Under the pieces are notes generated by a model. It was not told the DNA's origin and did not search any database. It was given only the letters and a program-made list of their open reading frames with translations. From the NCBI GenBank assembly GCA_963781585.1, contig CAWAGQ010000004.1:736001-800000 (forward strand): a DNA stretch of 64,000 bases. Direction: 5' to 3'. Source of the DNA: an uncultured Gemmatimonadaceae bacterium (GTDB lineage Bacteria; Gemmatimonadota; Gemmatimonadetes; Gemmatimonadales; Gemmatimonadaceae). Shown here one piece after another: positions 19,363 through 28,850 of the stretch. The translations under genes were made by a program, and so were the position numbers. Numbering within the stretch: position 1 is the first letter of the stretch; the number at the start of each line of letters is the position of its first letter.

Positions 19363-20645
19363 CCGCCCATCCTCCATTCGAGGACGTCGCGCTCGAGCCG
19401 CACGAGGTCGTCGTAGTCTTCGCGGTCTGTCGTGACGGCGAACCGGTCGCCTTCCACCAGCACCTCGACCGCCCGCGGCCGCGCGTTGTAGTTGGACGCC
19501 ATGGCGTAGCCGTATGCGCCGGCCGTGTGCACGGCCAGCACATCGCCAGTCTGGACGTCGCTCATCTCGCGGTCGAGGGCCAGAAAGTCGCCGCTCTCGC
19601 ACACCGGCCCCACGACGTCCAGGCGGACGAGACCCGTTCGCGCGACCAGCGGCTCGATCCGGTGATAGGCCTGGTAGTGCGACGGGCGCAGCAACTCCGT
19701 CATCCCCGCGTCGGTGACCGCGATCTCGCGTCCACCGCTGCGCTTGCGGTAGAGGACGCGGGTGAGGAGGATGCCGGCGCCAGCCACGAGAAAACGACCG
19801 GGTTCCACGAGAATCGCCAGTTCGGTCGCGTGGGCCGCCGACCGCACGATGCGCCCGAACTCGGCGAGGTCGGGCGGCAGTTCCGCCTCATACGGCACGG
19901 CAAGGCCACCGCCGATGTCCAGATATCGCAGCGACTCCACGCCCAGCGCGCGTGTGGCCGAACAGAGCTCCAGCATTCGCGACAACCCGTGCTCGTACGC
20001 CTCCAGCCGCGAGAGCTGGGATCCCACGTGCATGTCCAGGCCAAGCAGCCGGATGTGACGCAGTTCCTGCGAGAGGCGCGTTGCGGCCGCGGCCTCATCC
20101 CACGGGATCCCGAACTTGCGTCCCCGCTCTCCCGTCGTGGTGTAGCTGTGAAAACTCCCCACGGTGATCTCGGGGTTGATCCGCAGGGCCACCGGCGCCG
20201 TGACGCCACGTTGCGCCGCCATGCGGTCGAGCAGTCGAAGCTCATCCGCCGACTCGACGTTGAAGAGCAGGATCCCCGCGTCGAGCGCCTCGCCAAGCTC
20301 GCGCGGCGACTTGCCCACTCCGCCGAAAATGATGTCCGCTGGTGAGAATCCGGCCCGGAGCGCACGAAAGAGCTCGCCTCCCGAAACCACGTCGGCGCCC
20401 GAGCCGAGCGATCGGAGAAGCGCCAGCAGCGCGCGATTGCCGTTGGCTTTGAGCGAGTAGTGCACCCGGTGGGGCACCCCCGCCAGCGCCTCGCTCAAAC
20501 GGGCATACTGCTCCCGGATGCTCGCCGAAGAGTAAACGTACGCCGGGGTGCCGACGGCGTCCGCCACCGCGGCGAGCGACACGCCCTCACAGGAGAGCGT
20601 GCCGCTGTGGCGCTCCAGACCGCCGGTCAATACGCTTTCGCCCAC
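19359..20645 (-). CDS. lysA: Diaminopimelate decarboxylase
   Basis: GTPAYVYS, YSLKAN (PLP lysine), HVGSQ, EPGR, GPVCESGD, GAYGYAMASNYNARPR; start approximate. Confidence 0.95.
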   Translation of the reverse strand: MGESVLTGGLERHSGTLSCEGVSLAAVADAVGTPAYVYSSASIREQYARLSEALAGVPHRVHYSLKANGNRALLALLRSLGSGADVVSGGELFRALRAGFSPADIIFGGVGKSPRELGEALDAGILLFNVESADELRLLDRMAAQRGVTAPVALRINPEITVGSFHSYTTTGERGRKFGIPWDEAAAATRLSQELRHIRLLGLDMHVGSQLSRLEAYEHGLSRMLELCSATRALGVESLRYLDIGGGLAVPYEAELPPDLAEFGRIVRSAAHATELAILVEPGRFLVAGAGILLTRVLYRKRSGGREIAVTDAGMTELLRPSHYQAYHRIEPLVARTGLVRLDVVGPVCESGDFLALDREMSDVQTGDVLAVHTAGAYGYAMASNYNARPRAVEVLVEGDRFAVTTDREDYDDLVRLERDVLEWRMGG

Positions 20646-22096
20646 ACGACCTCGAATTGTGCCGGCCGACCGGTGTAGAGGCACGTCTTCGGCGCCTCAC
20701 GCGACCGGAAGTCCTCGTCCGGAATGACGCGAATGGTGGCTTTCGTTTCTTCCTTCACCTTGGCCTCCACCTCCGGGTCGCCGCACCAGCCGGCGTAGAC
20801 GAAGGCACCGTCGCCGTCCATGATCTCGCGGAAGCGGTCATAGGTGATGGGCTCGCGAACGGTGTTGGCGTCCGCGCGCGCGCGGGCGGCTGCCAGCATG
20901 TCGTGCTGGATCTGCTCCAGCAGTCCGGTGACGTCGCCGGCGACGGCAGACAAGCCGATCGACATCTTGTCGCGCGTGTCGCGGCGAGCTGCCATGCACG
21001 ATCCCTTGTCCAGGTCGCGGGGGCCGATCTCCAGCCTCAGCGGCACCCCACGGAGCTCCCACTCATAGTACTTGGCGCCGGGCTTTACTCCATCGCGGCC
21101 GTCGATCCACACGCGGATCCGGTCATCGCCGCGGCCGCCCCAGTTGGTCAGGTCGCTCCGAACCCGATCGGCCACTTCCATGAGGCGTGCCCGTTCGGCG
21201 TCGCTCTTCCAGATGGGAACGATCACGACCTCGATCGGCGCCAGACGCGGCGGCATCCGCATGCCGTTGTCGTCACCGTGCGTCATCACCAGTCCGCCCA
21301 CCAGACGTGTGGAGACGCCCCAACTGGTGTTCCAGGCATGCTCGATGCTCCCGCTCTCGCTCTGGAACTTGAGGTCGAATGCCCTGGAGAAGTTCTGACC
21401 GAGATCGTGCGAGGTGCCGGCCTGGAGGGCCTTGTTGTCCTGCATGATGGCTTCACACGCATAGGTGCGCAGCGCACCGGCGAAGCGTTCGGAATCGGTC
21501 TTGAGCCCGGTCACCACCGGCATGGCCATCCACTGCTCCATGAACTCGCGATACAGGTCGAGGATCAGGCGAGCTTCCGCTTCCGCCTCGGCATGGGTGG
21601 CGTGCGCCGTGTGTCCCTCCTGCCAGAGGAACTCCAGCGTACGCAGGAACAGCCGGGTGCGCATTTCCCAGCGCACCACATTGGCCCACTGGTTGATCAG
21701 GATGGGGAGGTCGCGGTAGCTCTGCACCCACTTGGCGTACATCGCATAGATGATCGTCTCGGACGTCGGGCGGATGACGAGCGGCTCGGCGAGCTTCTGG
21801 CCGCCGCCGTGCGTCACCACGGCGGCCTCGGGCGCGAATCCCTCGACGTGCTCGGCCTCCTTGTGCAGGAAGCTCTCGGGGATCAACAGAGGGAAATAGG
21901 CGTTCTGGTGCCCGGTGGCCTTGAACATGGCGTCGAGCGCGCGCTGCATCCGTTCCCAGATGCCGTACCCGTTAGGCCGGATGACCATGCAGCCGCGGAC
22001 CGGAGAGTAGTCCGCCAGTTCGGCGCGGAGCACCACTTCGTTGTACCAGGCGGCGAAGTCGGCTGCGCGGGTGGTGAGTTTCCTATCGTCTGACAT
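20627..22096 (-). CDS. proS: Proline--tRNA ligase (archaeal/eukaryote-like type)
   Basis: HVEGFAPE, RPTSET, NQWANVVRWE, FLRTLEFLWQEGHT, QAGTSHDLGQNF, C-terminal AKAY. Confidence 0.97.
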   Translation of the reverse strand: MSDDRKLTTRAADFAAWYNEVVLRAELADYSPVRGCMVIRPNGYGIWERMQRALDAMFKATGHQNAYFPLLIPESFLHKEAEHVEGFAPEAAVVTHGGGQKLAEPLVIRPTSETIIYAMYAKWVQSYRDLPILINQWANVVRWEMRTRLFLRTLEFLWQEGHTAHATHAEAEAEARLILDLYREFMEQWMAMPVVTGLKTDSERFAGALRTYACEAIMQDNKALQAGTSHDLGQNFSRAFDLKFQSESGSIEHAWNTSWGVSTRLVGGLVMTHGDDNGMRMPPRLAPIEVVIVPIWKSDAERARLMEVADRVRSDLTNWGGRGDDRIRVWIDGRDGVKPGAKYYEWELRGVPLRLEIGPRDLDKGSCMAARRDTRDKMSIGLSAVAGDVTGLLEQIQHDMLAAARARADANTVREPITYDRFREIMDGDGAFVYAGWCGDPEVEAKVKEETKATIRVIPDEDFRSREAPKTCLYTGRPAQFEVVWAKAY

Positions 22097-22240
22097 GGGA
22101 GATTGGGAGATGGGAGGAAGTCGGTGTGTGGCTCGGCATCCGTCCCGGATCCGGAGAACCGCATGCGTCTCGATCCGCGCGACTCCACGCCTCGCGCGCG
22201 ATGGCTCCAGCACCCGGGTGGTACGATGGGTGCGCGAGCG

Positions 22241-23545
22241 TCACGGTCGATCTGCCGTCGATCCGGCCATCTCCTGCCATGTTCGCAGAACCACCTCCAG
22301 CGTCGTTGTCTGCTGGCTTCCATCAGTGAGAGACTTCACGACCACGTCACCGGCACTGCTGCCGGCGATCAGGACGCGCGGCACCGCCCGCTGCGACGCC
22401 GCCTTCATCTGCCGCGAGAGCGTCTGCTCCCGCAACGAGTACTCCACCGCGGCCCCCGCCCGACGCAGTTGCGCCGCCATCGACACGACAACCGGCATCT
22501 GATCCGGCGCGTTGTACGCGATCCAGAAATCGGGACTCCGTTCCGGCGCCTGCGCCAGCCCGCGTGCTCGCAGCAGCTCCGAGAGGACCACGTCGCCCAT
22601 GCCGAACCCCAATGCGGGAAGATCGACCCCTCCCAGGTCCTGCAACAGGGTGTCGTACCGTCCGCCGCCGCAGATCGCGCGAAACTCGCCCTTGCGATCG
22701 AACAGTTCGAAGACGATGCCGGTGTAGTACGCGAGCCCGCGCACGATGGTGAGGTCGAACTGCACCCAGTCCTGGAGCCCGTGTGCTGCGAGCAGCGCGA
22801 AGTAGCGGTCGAGCCGGCTCAGCGCGGCCGCGGCCTCATCGTCGGAAGCCAGTTCGTCTACGAGCGCCGCGCGGTCCGACCGCGCGGCCGCGTCGAGAAT
22901 ACCGGCGGCGGTGGCAGCCGACAGCCCGGCCTTCACCAGCCGGCCCACCAGCACGTCGAGAGGGTCGCGCTGCACCTTGTCGATCGCGGCAAAGGCCGCC
23001 GGCACGCTCTCGTCAGGCACGCCCCGCCGGCGGAGGAGCGCGGTCAGCAGCCGGCGATCGGAAACGCGAGCCACCACGTCGTCGGGCGTGAGCCCGCACC
23101 CGCGCATGATCTCGATGGCCACCGCCAGCAGCTCGGCGTCCGCCGCGACGTCCGTCTCTCCCACGATGTCCACGTTGAGCTGAAAGTGCTCGCGCAGACG
23201 GCCGCGTTGCTGCCGCTCGTACCGGAACAGCTGGGGAATGGAGAACCAGCGGACGGGTTTCCGGAGCGCATTGGCGCGGGCCGACACCATGCGCGCGAAA
23301 GTCGGTGTCATCTCTGGGCGCAGGGCAACCTCGCGGCCGCCCTTGTCTGTGAAATTGTAGAGCTGCCCTACGATCTCGTCTCCGCTCTTCCTGGTGTAGA
23401 GCTCCAGCGGTTCGAGCGGAGGGCCGTCGTACTCCACGAAGGCGAAGCGCCTGGCAACATCACGCCACACGCCGAACAGATGGTCTCGTTCGGCGAGGTC
23501 GGAAGGGAAAAAATCGCGAAATCCGGGGAGCGCTCCCGCTGACAT
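22241..23545 (-). CDS. hisS: Histidine--tRNA ligase
   Basis: LRPEMTP, FRYERQQRGRLREHFQ, RGLAYYTG, GGGRYD, GFGMG. Confidence 0.97.
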   Translation of the reverse strand: MSAGALPGFRDFFPSDLAERDHLFGVWRDVARRFAFVEYDGPPLEPLELYTRKSGDEIVGQLYNFTDKGGREVALRPEMTPTFARMVSARANALRKPVRWFSIPQLFRYERQQRGRLREHFQLNVDIVGETDVAADAELLAVAIEIMRGCGLTPDDVVARVSDRRLLTALLRRRGVPDESVPAAFAAIDKVQRDPLDVLVGRLVKAGLSAATAAGILDAAARSDRAALVDELASDDEAAAALSRLDRYFALLAAHGLQDWVQFDLTIVRGLAYYTGIVFELFDRKGEFRAICGGGRYDTLLQDLGGVDLPALGFGMGDVVLSELLRARGLAQAPERSPDFWIAYNAPDQMPVVVSMAAQLRRAGAAVEYSLREQTLSRQMKAASQRAVPRVLIAGSSAGDVVVKSLTDGSQQTTTLEVVLRTWQEMAGSTADRP

Positions 23546-23550
23546 GTTGA

Positions 23551-23580
23551 AAGCTAGCGAGCCAGCGGATCGACCTGCAA
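23551..23580 (-). promoter_or_regulatory. Internal promoter for hisS overlapping the folC 3' end
   Basis: TTGCAG-N18-TAGCTT; the TAG is also the folC stop; 5 nt to the hisS ATG. Confidence 0.45.
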
Positions 23581-24843
23581 GCGAGCCATCGCATCACCCA
23601 CGGTGTGAAAGGATCCGGTCACGAGCACGGTCTGGCCGAGGCGCGGAGCGAGGGCAAGGGCGCTGTCGAAGTCTTCGTCGACCACCGTCGCCCACCCCTG
23701 CCCGCGGGCGAACGCGCCGGCATCGGCCGCCGACCACGCCCGGCTGGCTGGCGCCGAAGGCGCGTTCGTGACAAGGAAGACGTCGACCGCCGGCGCCAGC
23801 GCAGACATGAGGCCTCGCCAATCCTTGTCGGCCAGCACGGTCAGCAGAACCACCATTGGCCGACGGACGCGCACCGCGTCCAGCGTGGCGGCGAGTACGG
23901 TCGCCCCATCGGGGTTGTGGGCCACGTCGAAGATGAATGAGTCGTGCCGGTGGAAACGACCGGGCAGCCGCACGGCGGGGAGCGCCTCGCGAAACTCCGC
24001 CGGTCCCCCGTAGAATGGCGCTCCTGACAGTTGCAGCATGAGCAGAGCGAGCGCGGTATTCGAGGCCTGATGCGCACCGATCAGGGGCGTGTGAAAGGCG
24101 GCGGGAGCGCCGTCCACGGCAAGGGTGAAGCGGGTGCCATCGTCGCCGACCGCGATGTCGCGGGGGGCGAGGTCACGCCACACGCTCGCGACCGGGCGCG
24201 CGCCGGCGCGCCCGGCGAGGTCGCTCAGCAGGCGGGCCACCGCCGGGTCGCGCTCGCCCACCGCCGCCGGGATGCCAGCCTTGAAGATCCCGGCCTTTTC
24301 GGCGGCGATCTCGTCCCGGCTGTTCCCCAGGTACTCCACATGATCGATGCCGATCGACGTCACGCCGGCCACCACGGGCCTAACGACGTTGGTCGAGTCG
24401 AGGCGCCCGCCGAGGCCGGTCTCGATGACCGCCGCGTCCACGCCGGCCCCGGCGAACGCGGCGAACGCCATCGCCGTGGTGGCCTCGAAGAAGGTGGCGC
24501 CGATCCGTTCCACCTCCGGTGTCCATCGGTCGATGAACTCCGTCACGTAGTCTTCGCTCACCGGCCGGCCGTCGATCACGAAGCGCTCGCGGAAATCGAC
24601 CAGATGCGGCGAAGTGTACTTGCCGACGTGGAGGCCACGGTGGCGCAGCGCCTCCTCCAGGGTGGCGCAGACGCTCCCCTTCCCGTTGGTTCCGGCTACG
24701 TGGAACGAGCGGAGTCGCCGGTGCGGATCGCCGAGGACCGCCAGCAGCTGCTCGGTGCGCTCCAGGCCGAAACGGTTGCCGCCGGTGGTGCGCGCGAACA
24801 GCGACGCCAGGGCGTCGCGGTAGGCGCTCAGGCGTTGGTCCAG
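23554..24843 (-). CDS. folC: Bifunctional folylpolyglutamate/dihydrofolate synthase (probable CTG start)
   Basis: HVAGTNGKGS, YTSPHL, ETGLGGRLDSTN, DVAHNPDG, TGSFHTVG; no ATG/GTG/TTG seen near the N-terminus. Confidence 0.92.
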   Translation of the reverse strand: MDQRLSAYRDALASLFARTTGGNRFGLERTEQLLAVLGDPHRRLRSFHVAGTNGKGSVCATLEEALRHRGLHVGKYTSPHLVDFRERFVIDGRPVSEDYVTEFIDRWTPEVERIGATFFEATTAMAFAAFAGAGVDAAVIETGLGGRLDSTNVVRPVVAGVTSIGIDHVEYLGNSRDEIAAEKAGIFKAGIPAAVGERDPAVARLLSDLAGRAGARPVASVWRDLAPRDIAVGDDGTRFTLAVDGAPAAFHTPLIGAHQASNTALALLMLQLSGAPFYGGPAEFREALPAVRLPGRFHRHDSFIFDVAHNPDGATVLAATLDAVRVRRPMVVLLTVLADKDWRGLMSALAPAVDVFLVTNAPSAPASRAWSAADAGAFARGQGWATVVDEDFDSALALAPRLGQTVLVTGSFHTVGDAMARLQVDPLAR

Positions 24844-25691
24844 CCGGCGACCGCCGGCTTGCCGCTCATGTGGCGCAACAGCCGCCCCACGGTCTGCTTG
24901 AGGTCCCGGCGGTGCACCACCGCGTCGAGCATGCCATGGTCCACCAGGAACTCGGCGGTCTGGAATCCCTCGGGGAGGTCCTGGCCTAACGTCTGCTTGA
25001 TCACCCGCGGCCCCGCGAATCCGATCACCGCGCCCGGCTCGGCGAGCACCGCGTCGCCCAGCATGGCATAGCTCGCGCTCACGCCGCCGGTGGTAGGGTT
25101 GGTGAGAATCGAAACGTAGGGGATGCGCCGCTCGGCCAGCTGGGAGAGGAGCGCGCTGACCTTGGCCATCTGCATCAGCGAAAGCACCCCTTCCTGCATG
25201 CGCGCTCCGCCTGACGCCGAGACGATCACCAGCGGGTGCTTGCGCTCGAGGGAGCGCTGGCCCAGGCGCGATATCTTCTCGCCGACCACCGACCCCATCG
25301 AACCGCCCATGAACGCGAAATCCATGACCCCGAGATTCACCGGCATTTCGCCCAGGGTCCCGGCGACGGTGAGAATGGCGTCGTACTCGCCCGCCGACGT
25401 ACGCGCTCGCTTGAGGCGCGCCGGGTAGTCTGGGAACCCGAGCGGATCGATGGACCGGATTTCGGCCTCGGTCTCCGTCCACCCCTTGTCGTCCATGAGC
25501 AGACGCACGTAGTCCGTCCCGCGCAGCCGCCTGTGGAAATCACACTCCGGGCAGACGTTGAGGTTGCGCTCGAACTTCTCGCGGATATCCGTGTGCCCGC
25601 AGGCCTCGCATTTCTCCCACACGTCGGGCGGGATCTCGAGGCGTTCGGTGCGCGGTCGGCGGGGTTTCTTCTCCTTGCGGAACCAAGCCAT
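24828..25691 (-). CDS. accD: Acetyl-CoA carboxylase carboxyltransferase beta subunit
   Basis: Zn finger WEKCEAC...VCPEC, FMGGSMGSVVGEK, SGGARMQEG, PTTGGVSAS, GFQTAEFL. Confidence 0.97.
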   Translation of the reverse strand: MAWFRKEKKPRRPRTERLEIPPDVWEKCEACGHTDIREKFERNLNVCPECDFHRRLRGTDYVRLLMDDKGWTETEAEIRSIDPLGFPDYPARLKRARTSAGEYDAILTVAGTLGEMPVNLGVMDFAFMGGSMGSVVGEKISRLGQRSLERKHPLVIVSASGGARMQEGVLSLMQMAKVSALLSQLAERRIPYVSILTNPTTGGVSASYAMLGDAVLAEPGAVIGFAGPRVIKQTLGQDLPEGFQTAEFLVDHGMLDAVVHRRDLKQTVGRLLRHMSGKPAVAGWTNA

Positions 25692-25716
25692 ATGCAGGGA
25701 TTATGGGCGGCGACAA

Positions 25717-25803
25717 GGCCATAGGCCATAGGCCAAGCGGCGCAGGCCATGGGTCAAAGGCCATGGGCCAGGTCAAAGGCCAGAGGTCAAAGGCCAGAGG
25801 CCC
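25717..25803. repeat. Degenerate tandem heptamer tract (GGCCATA/GGCCATG/GGTCAAA/GGCCAGA)
   Basis: About 11-12 units in two blocks fill the rodA-accD intergenic gap. Confidence 0.8.
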
Positions 25804-25827
25804 TCCCTCCCCGATCGTCCTTCCGCC

Positions 25828-27084
25828 CTACAGCTCGATCGGCATCTCCCCGGCCTTGCCCCGCCCCTCGCTGGAAATACGGACCAGGATGCCGACCGCG
25901 ATCCAGCACGCGAGCAGAAACGATCCGCCGTAGCTGAAGAACGGCAGCGGGATGCCGGTGATGGGCATCAGATGGTTCGTCATGCCGATGTTGACGAAGA
26001 CGTGCACGAACCAGCTCGCGGCGAGGCCGAAGGCGAGCAGGCTGCTGAACGAATCGTTGGCCCTGGTCGCCACCCGGATCACGCGCAGAAACAGGAACAG
26101 AAACAGCGTCAGCGCCACGGCCACGCCGATGAAGCCCAGCTCTTCGCCCACCACCGCGAAGATGAAATCGGTGTGCTGTTCCGGCAGGAACGCCAGCCGC
26201 TTCTGCGTGCCCGCGGTGAAGCCCTTGCCTAACCAGCCGCCCGATCCAATGGCGATCTTCGACTGGATGATGTGATAGCCCGACTGGCGCGGATCGCGGC
26301 CGGGGTCGAGAAACACCAGCAGCCGGTTCTGCTGGTAGGCATCGAGGCGCTCCCACAGCAGCGGCGCCGCCACGCCCATCACCACGTTGGCGATCACCAG
26401 CGCCACGCCCTCCACCATGTACGGCTTGTACATCAGCACGATCGCCACGAAGATCAGGAACCACGCCCCCCACAACTTCGTGCTGAACGCCAGCACCAGG
26501 CTGATGGCGGGCGATGCCGCCAGCAGCAGCAACGGCGCCGAGACTCCCGCCCAGAACAGCATCGCAAAAAAGATCCCGAGGAACACCATGCCGGTGCCCA
26601 GGTCCGGCTGCATCATCACCAGCACCCACGGGACGGCCACGACCAGGGCCGGCTTCACCAGGTCCACCAGGGATTTCGGCGCCTCGCGGCGCGACGCCAG
26701 CACCTTGGCCAGCATCAGCGCCACCGTGAGCTTGGCGAGCTCCGAGGGCTGGCCCAGGCGTACGTGGCCGATCGTGATCCAGCCCTTGACGCCCGCCGCG
26801 GTGCCGGCTCCGCTGCCGATCACCAGGGTGACCGCCAGCAGCGCCACGCCTAACAAGTAGGCCGGCAGGGCCGCCCACTCGAAGAACCGCACCGACGCCC
26901 GCGTGCAGACCCAGGCCGCCGACAGGGCGATCGCGAACCAGATCAGCTGGCGCTTCCACGCGCCCGCCACCGCGGCGATCGAGACATCGGTCTGCCCCGC
27001 GCTGTACACCACCGCGATGCCGTATCCCGTGAGCAGCAGGGCGATGATGACCAGCGGATAGTCGGCAACAGCTTTCCGGATCAC
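25828..27084 (-). CDS. rodA: Rod shape-determining protein RodA (SEDS family)
   Basis: QPSELAK, QPDLGT, QSKIAIGSGG, LPEQHTDFIFAVVGEELG, ITGIPLPFFSYGGS. Confidence 0.96.
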   Translation of the reverse strand: MIRKAVADYPLVIIALLLTGYGIAVVYSAGQTDVSIAAVAGAWKRQLIWFAIALSAAWVCTRASVRFFEWAALPAYLLGVALLAVTLVIGSGAGTAAGVKGWITIGHVRLGQPSELAKLTVALMLAKVLASRREAPKSLVDLVKPALVVAVPWVLVMMQPDLGTGMVFLGIFFAMLFWAGVSAPLLLLAASPAISLVLAFSTKLWGAWFLIFVAIVLMYKPYMVEGVALVIANVVMGVAAPLLWERLDAYQQNRLLVFLDPGRDPRQSGYHIIQSKIAIGSGGWLGKGFTAGTQKRLAFLPEQHTDFIFAVVGEELGFIGVAVALTLFLFLFLRVIRVATRANDSFSSLLAFGLAASWFVHVFVNIGMTNHLMPITGIPLPFFSYGGSFLLACWIAVGILVRISSEGRGKAGEMPIEL

Positions 27085-28850
27085 TCGCCCTCCACCCTCG
27101 GCGGTTCGATGGTCGGCCTCTTCAGATAGTGCTCGATGATCTTCGACGCCACCCGCGCCGCCAGGTAGCCGTGTTCTCCACCCACCAGCAGGACGCCCAC
27201 CACGATCTGCGGGTCCTCGCTGGGCGCGAATCCGACGAACCAGGCGTCGGTGTTCCTGGGACCATTCTGCGCCGACCCCGTCTTGCCGGCGATCACCACT
27301 CCCTGCACCTGGGCGCTCGCCGCGGTGCCGCGGGAGGAGATTACGTTCGCCATCGCCGCGCGCAGCCCGTCCAGTTGCGCCGGCGTCAGGTCGAAGATCT
27401 TGGGGCGCTCGACCGTCTGACGGGCGATGCTCGGCGTCGCCGCATGGCCATCGGTGGCCAGCGCTGTATAGAACCGCGCCATGTTGATCAGGGTCTGCGA
27501 ATTCTCGCCCTGTCCAATCGCCAGGTTGAGCGTCACGGCGTTGGTCCAACCGTTGGGCCCGTATCGGCGGTCGAAGTAGCTCACCGCGTCGGGCCAGCGC
27601 GGCTTGGTCTCGACGGGCAGATCGATGCCGCTCACGTCTCCAAACCGGAGCTGCACGCCGCCCGCCACCATCTTTGCGAGCGTCAGCCGCAGACCAAGCT
27701 GGTAGAAGTACACGTCGCACGACTTGGTGATCGCCTCGGACATCGTGAGGAAGCCGTGTCCCTTCGGATCCCAGCAATGGAAATACCGGCCGCCGAAGTA
27801 ATATCCGCCGGTGCACGGCTGCGGCATCCGGTCGTCGAGGGTCGCCACGCCGTCCTCGAGGGCCATGACCGCAGTGGCCAGCTTGAACGTGGAGCCGGGC
27901 GGATACAGTCCCTGAGTCGCCTTGTTGAACAGCGGCTTCCTCGGATCGTTGATCAGGCTCGCGTAGTAGTCCTTCGGGATGCCGCCCACGAATCGGTTCG
28001 GATCGAACCCCGGGGCACTGACCATCGCCAGCACCTCGCCGGTCTTGGGCTCGAGCGCTACGGCGGCGCCACGCAGCGAGTCGCCAAAATACGCGGCGGT
28101 GAACCGCTGGAGGTCGAGATCGATGTGCGTGTCGAGGGGCGGTCCCGGAACCGGCGGCAGGTCCGGGCGCGCCCCCGCTTCGGTCACCACCCGGCCCCGC
28201 GCATCCACCTCGACGAAGCGCGACCCCTCTCGTCCCCGCAGCCGCGATTCGTACTCACGCTCGAGCCCGGCCTTGCCGATCTCCTGGCCCGGCTTGTAGC
28301 CGGCGTATGCGCTCTCGTTGAGCTCCGCTTCGCTGATCTCGCCCGTGTACCCTACCAGCGCCGATACGGCCGCTGCGTCCGGGTAGTACCGCTTGGGCGA
28401 GGCCTGGATGATGAGGCTCGGAAACTCGGTGCGGTGTTCCTCCAGCACCGACACCTGCTCGAACGAAGCGTCGGGGAGCACAACGACCGGCCGCGCCGGG
28501 TCGCGACGGTAGCGTCGCACCACCGATTCGATCTCATCCTCGCCGAGCGGCACTACGCTCGTCAGGAGACGCAGCATCAGACGGAGCGAGTCGGGGCCGC
28601 TGCTGAGAATCGAAACCGAGTATCCCGGTATGTTCTCGGCAATCGTCAGGCGGTGCCGATCGTAGATGACACCTCGCGGCGCCGGGAGCGGTACCTCGCG
28701 CAGCCGGTTGGTCTCCGACTGCAGCGCGTACTGGCTGTACTCGAGGATTTGCGTGCGAAAGAACGCGGCGCCGAGCACCAGCAGGGCCAACCCGACTGCC
28801 GCACTCGCCACGCGGCCGCGCCGCTGGACTTCGTTCGGATGGAAGCTCAC
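27081..28850 (-). CDS. mrdA: Penicillin-binding protein 2
   Basis: APRGVIYDR, YPPGSTFK (SxxK), SCDVYFY, GKTGSAQ. Confidence 0.96.
   Translation of the reverse strand: MSFHPNEVQRRGRVASAAVGLALLVLGAAFFRTQILEYSQYALQSETNRLREVPLPAPRGVIYDRHRLTIAENIPGYSVSILSSGPDSLRLMLRLLTSVVPLGEDEIESVVRRYRRDPARPVVVLPDASFEQVSVLEEHRTEFPSLIIQASPKRYYPDAAAVSALVGYTGEISEAELNESAYAGYKPGQEIGKAGLEREYESRLRGREGSRFVEVDARGRVVTEAGARPDLPPVPGPPLDTHIDLDLQRFTAAYFGDSLRGAAVALEPKTGEVLAMVSAPGFDPNRFVGGIPKDYYASLINDPRKPLFNKATQGLYPPGSTFKLATAVMALEDGVATLDDRMPQPCTGGYYFGGRYFHCWDPKGHGFLTMSEAITKSCDVYFYQLGLRLTLAKMVAGGVQLRFGDVSGIDLPVETKPRWPDAVSYFDRRYGPNGWTNAVTLNLAIGQGENSQTLINMARFYTALATDGHAATPSIARQTVERPKIFDLTPAQLDGLRAAMANVISSRGTAASAQVQGVVIAGKTGSAQNGPRNTDAWFVGFAPSEDPQIVVGVLLVGGEHGYLAARVASKIIEHYLKRPTIEPPRVEGE

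Noticed and set aside
22097..22240. T-box or other riboswitch ahead of proS (and a lysine riboswitch for lysA)
   Set aside because: No T-box consensus or terminator seen, and lysA overlaps proS so it has no leader.
25717..25803. CRISPR array
   Set aside because: Units are 7 bp with no unique spacers, and there are no cas genes.
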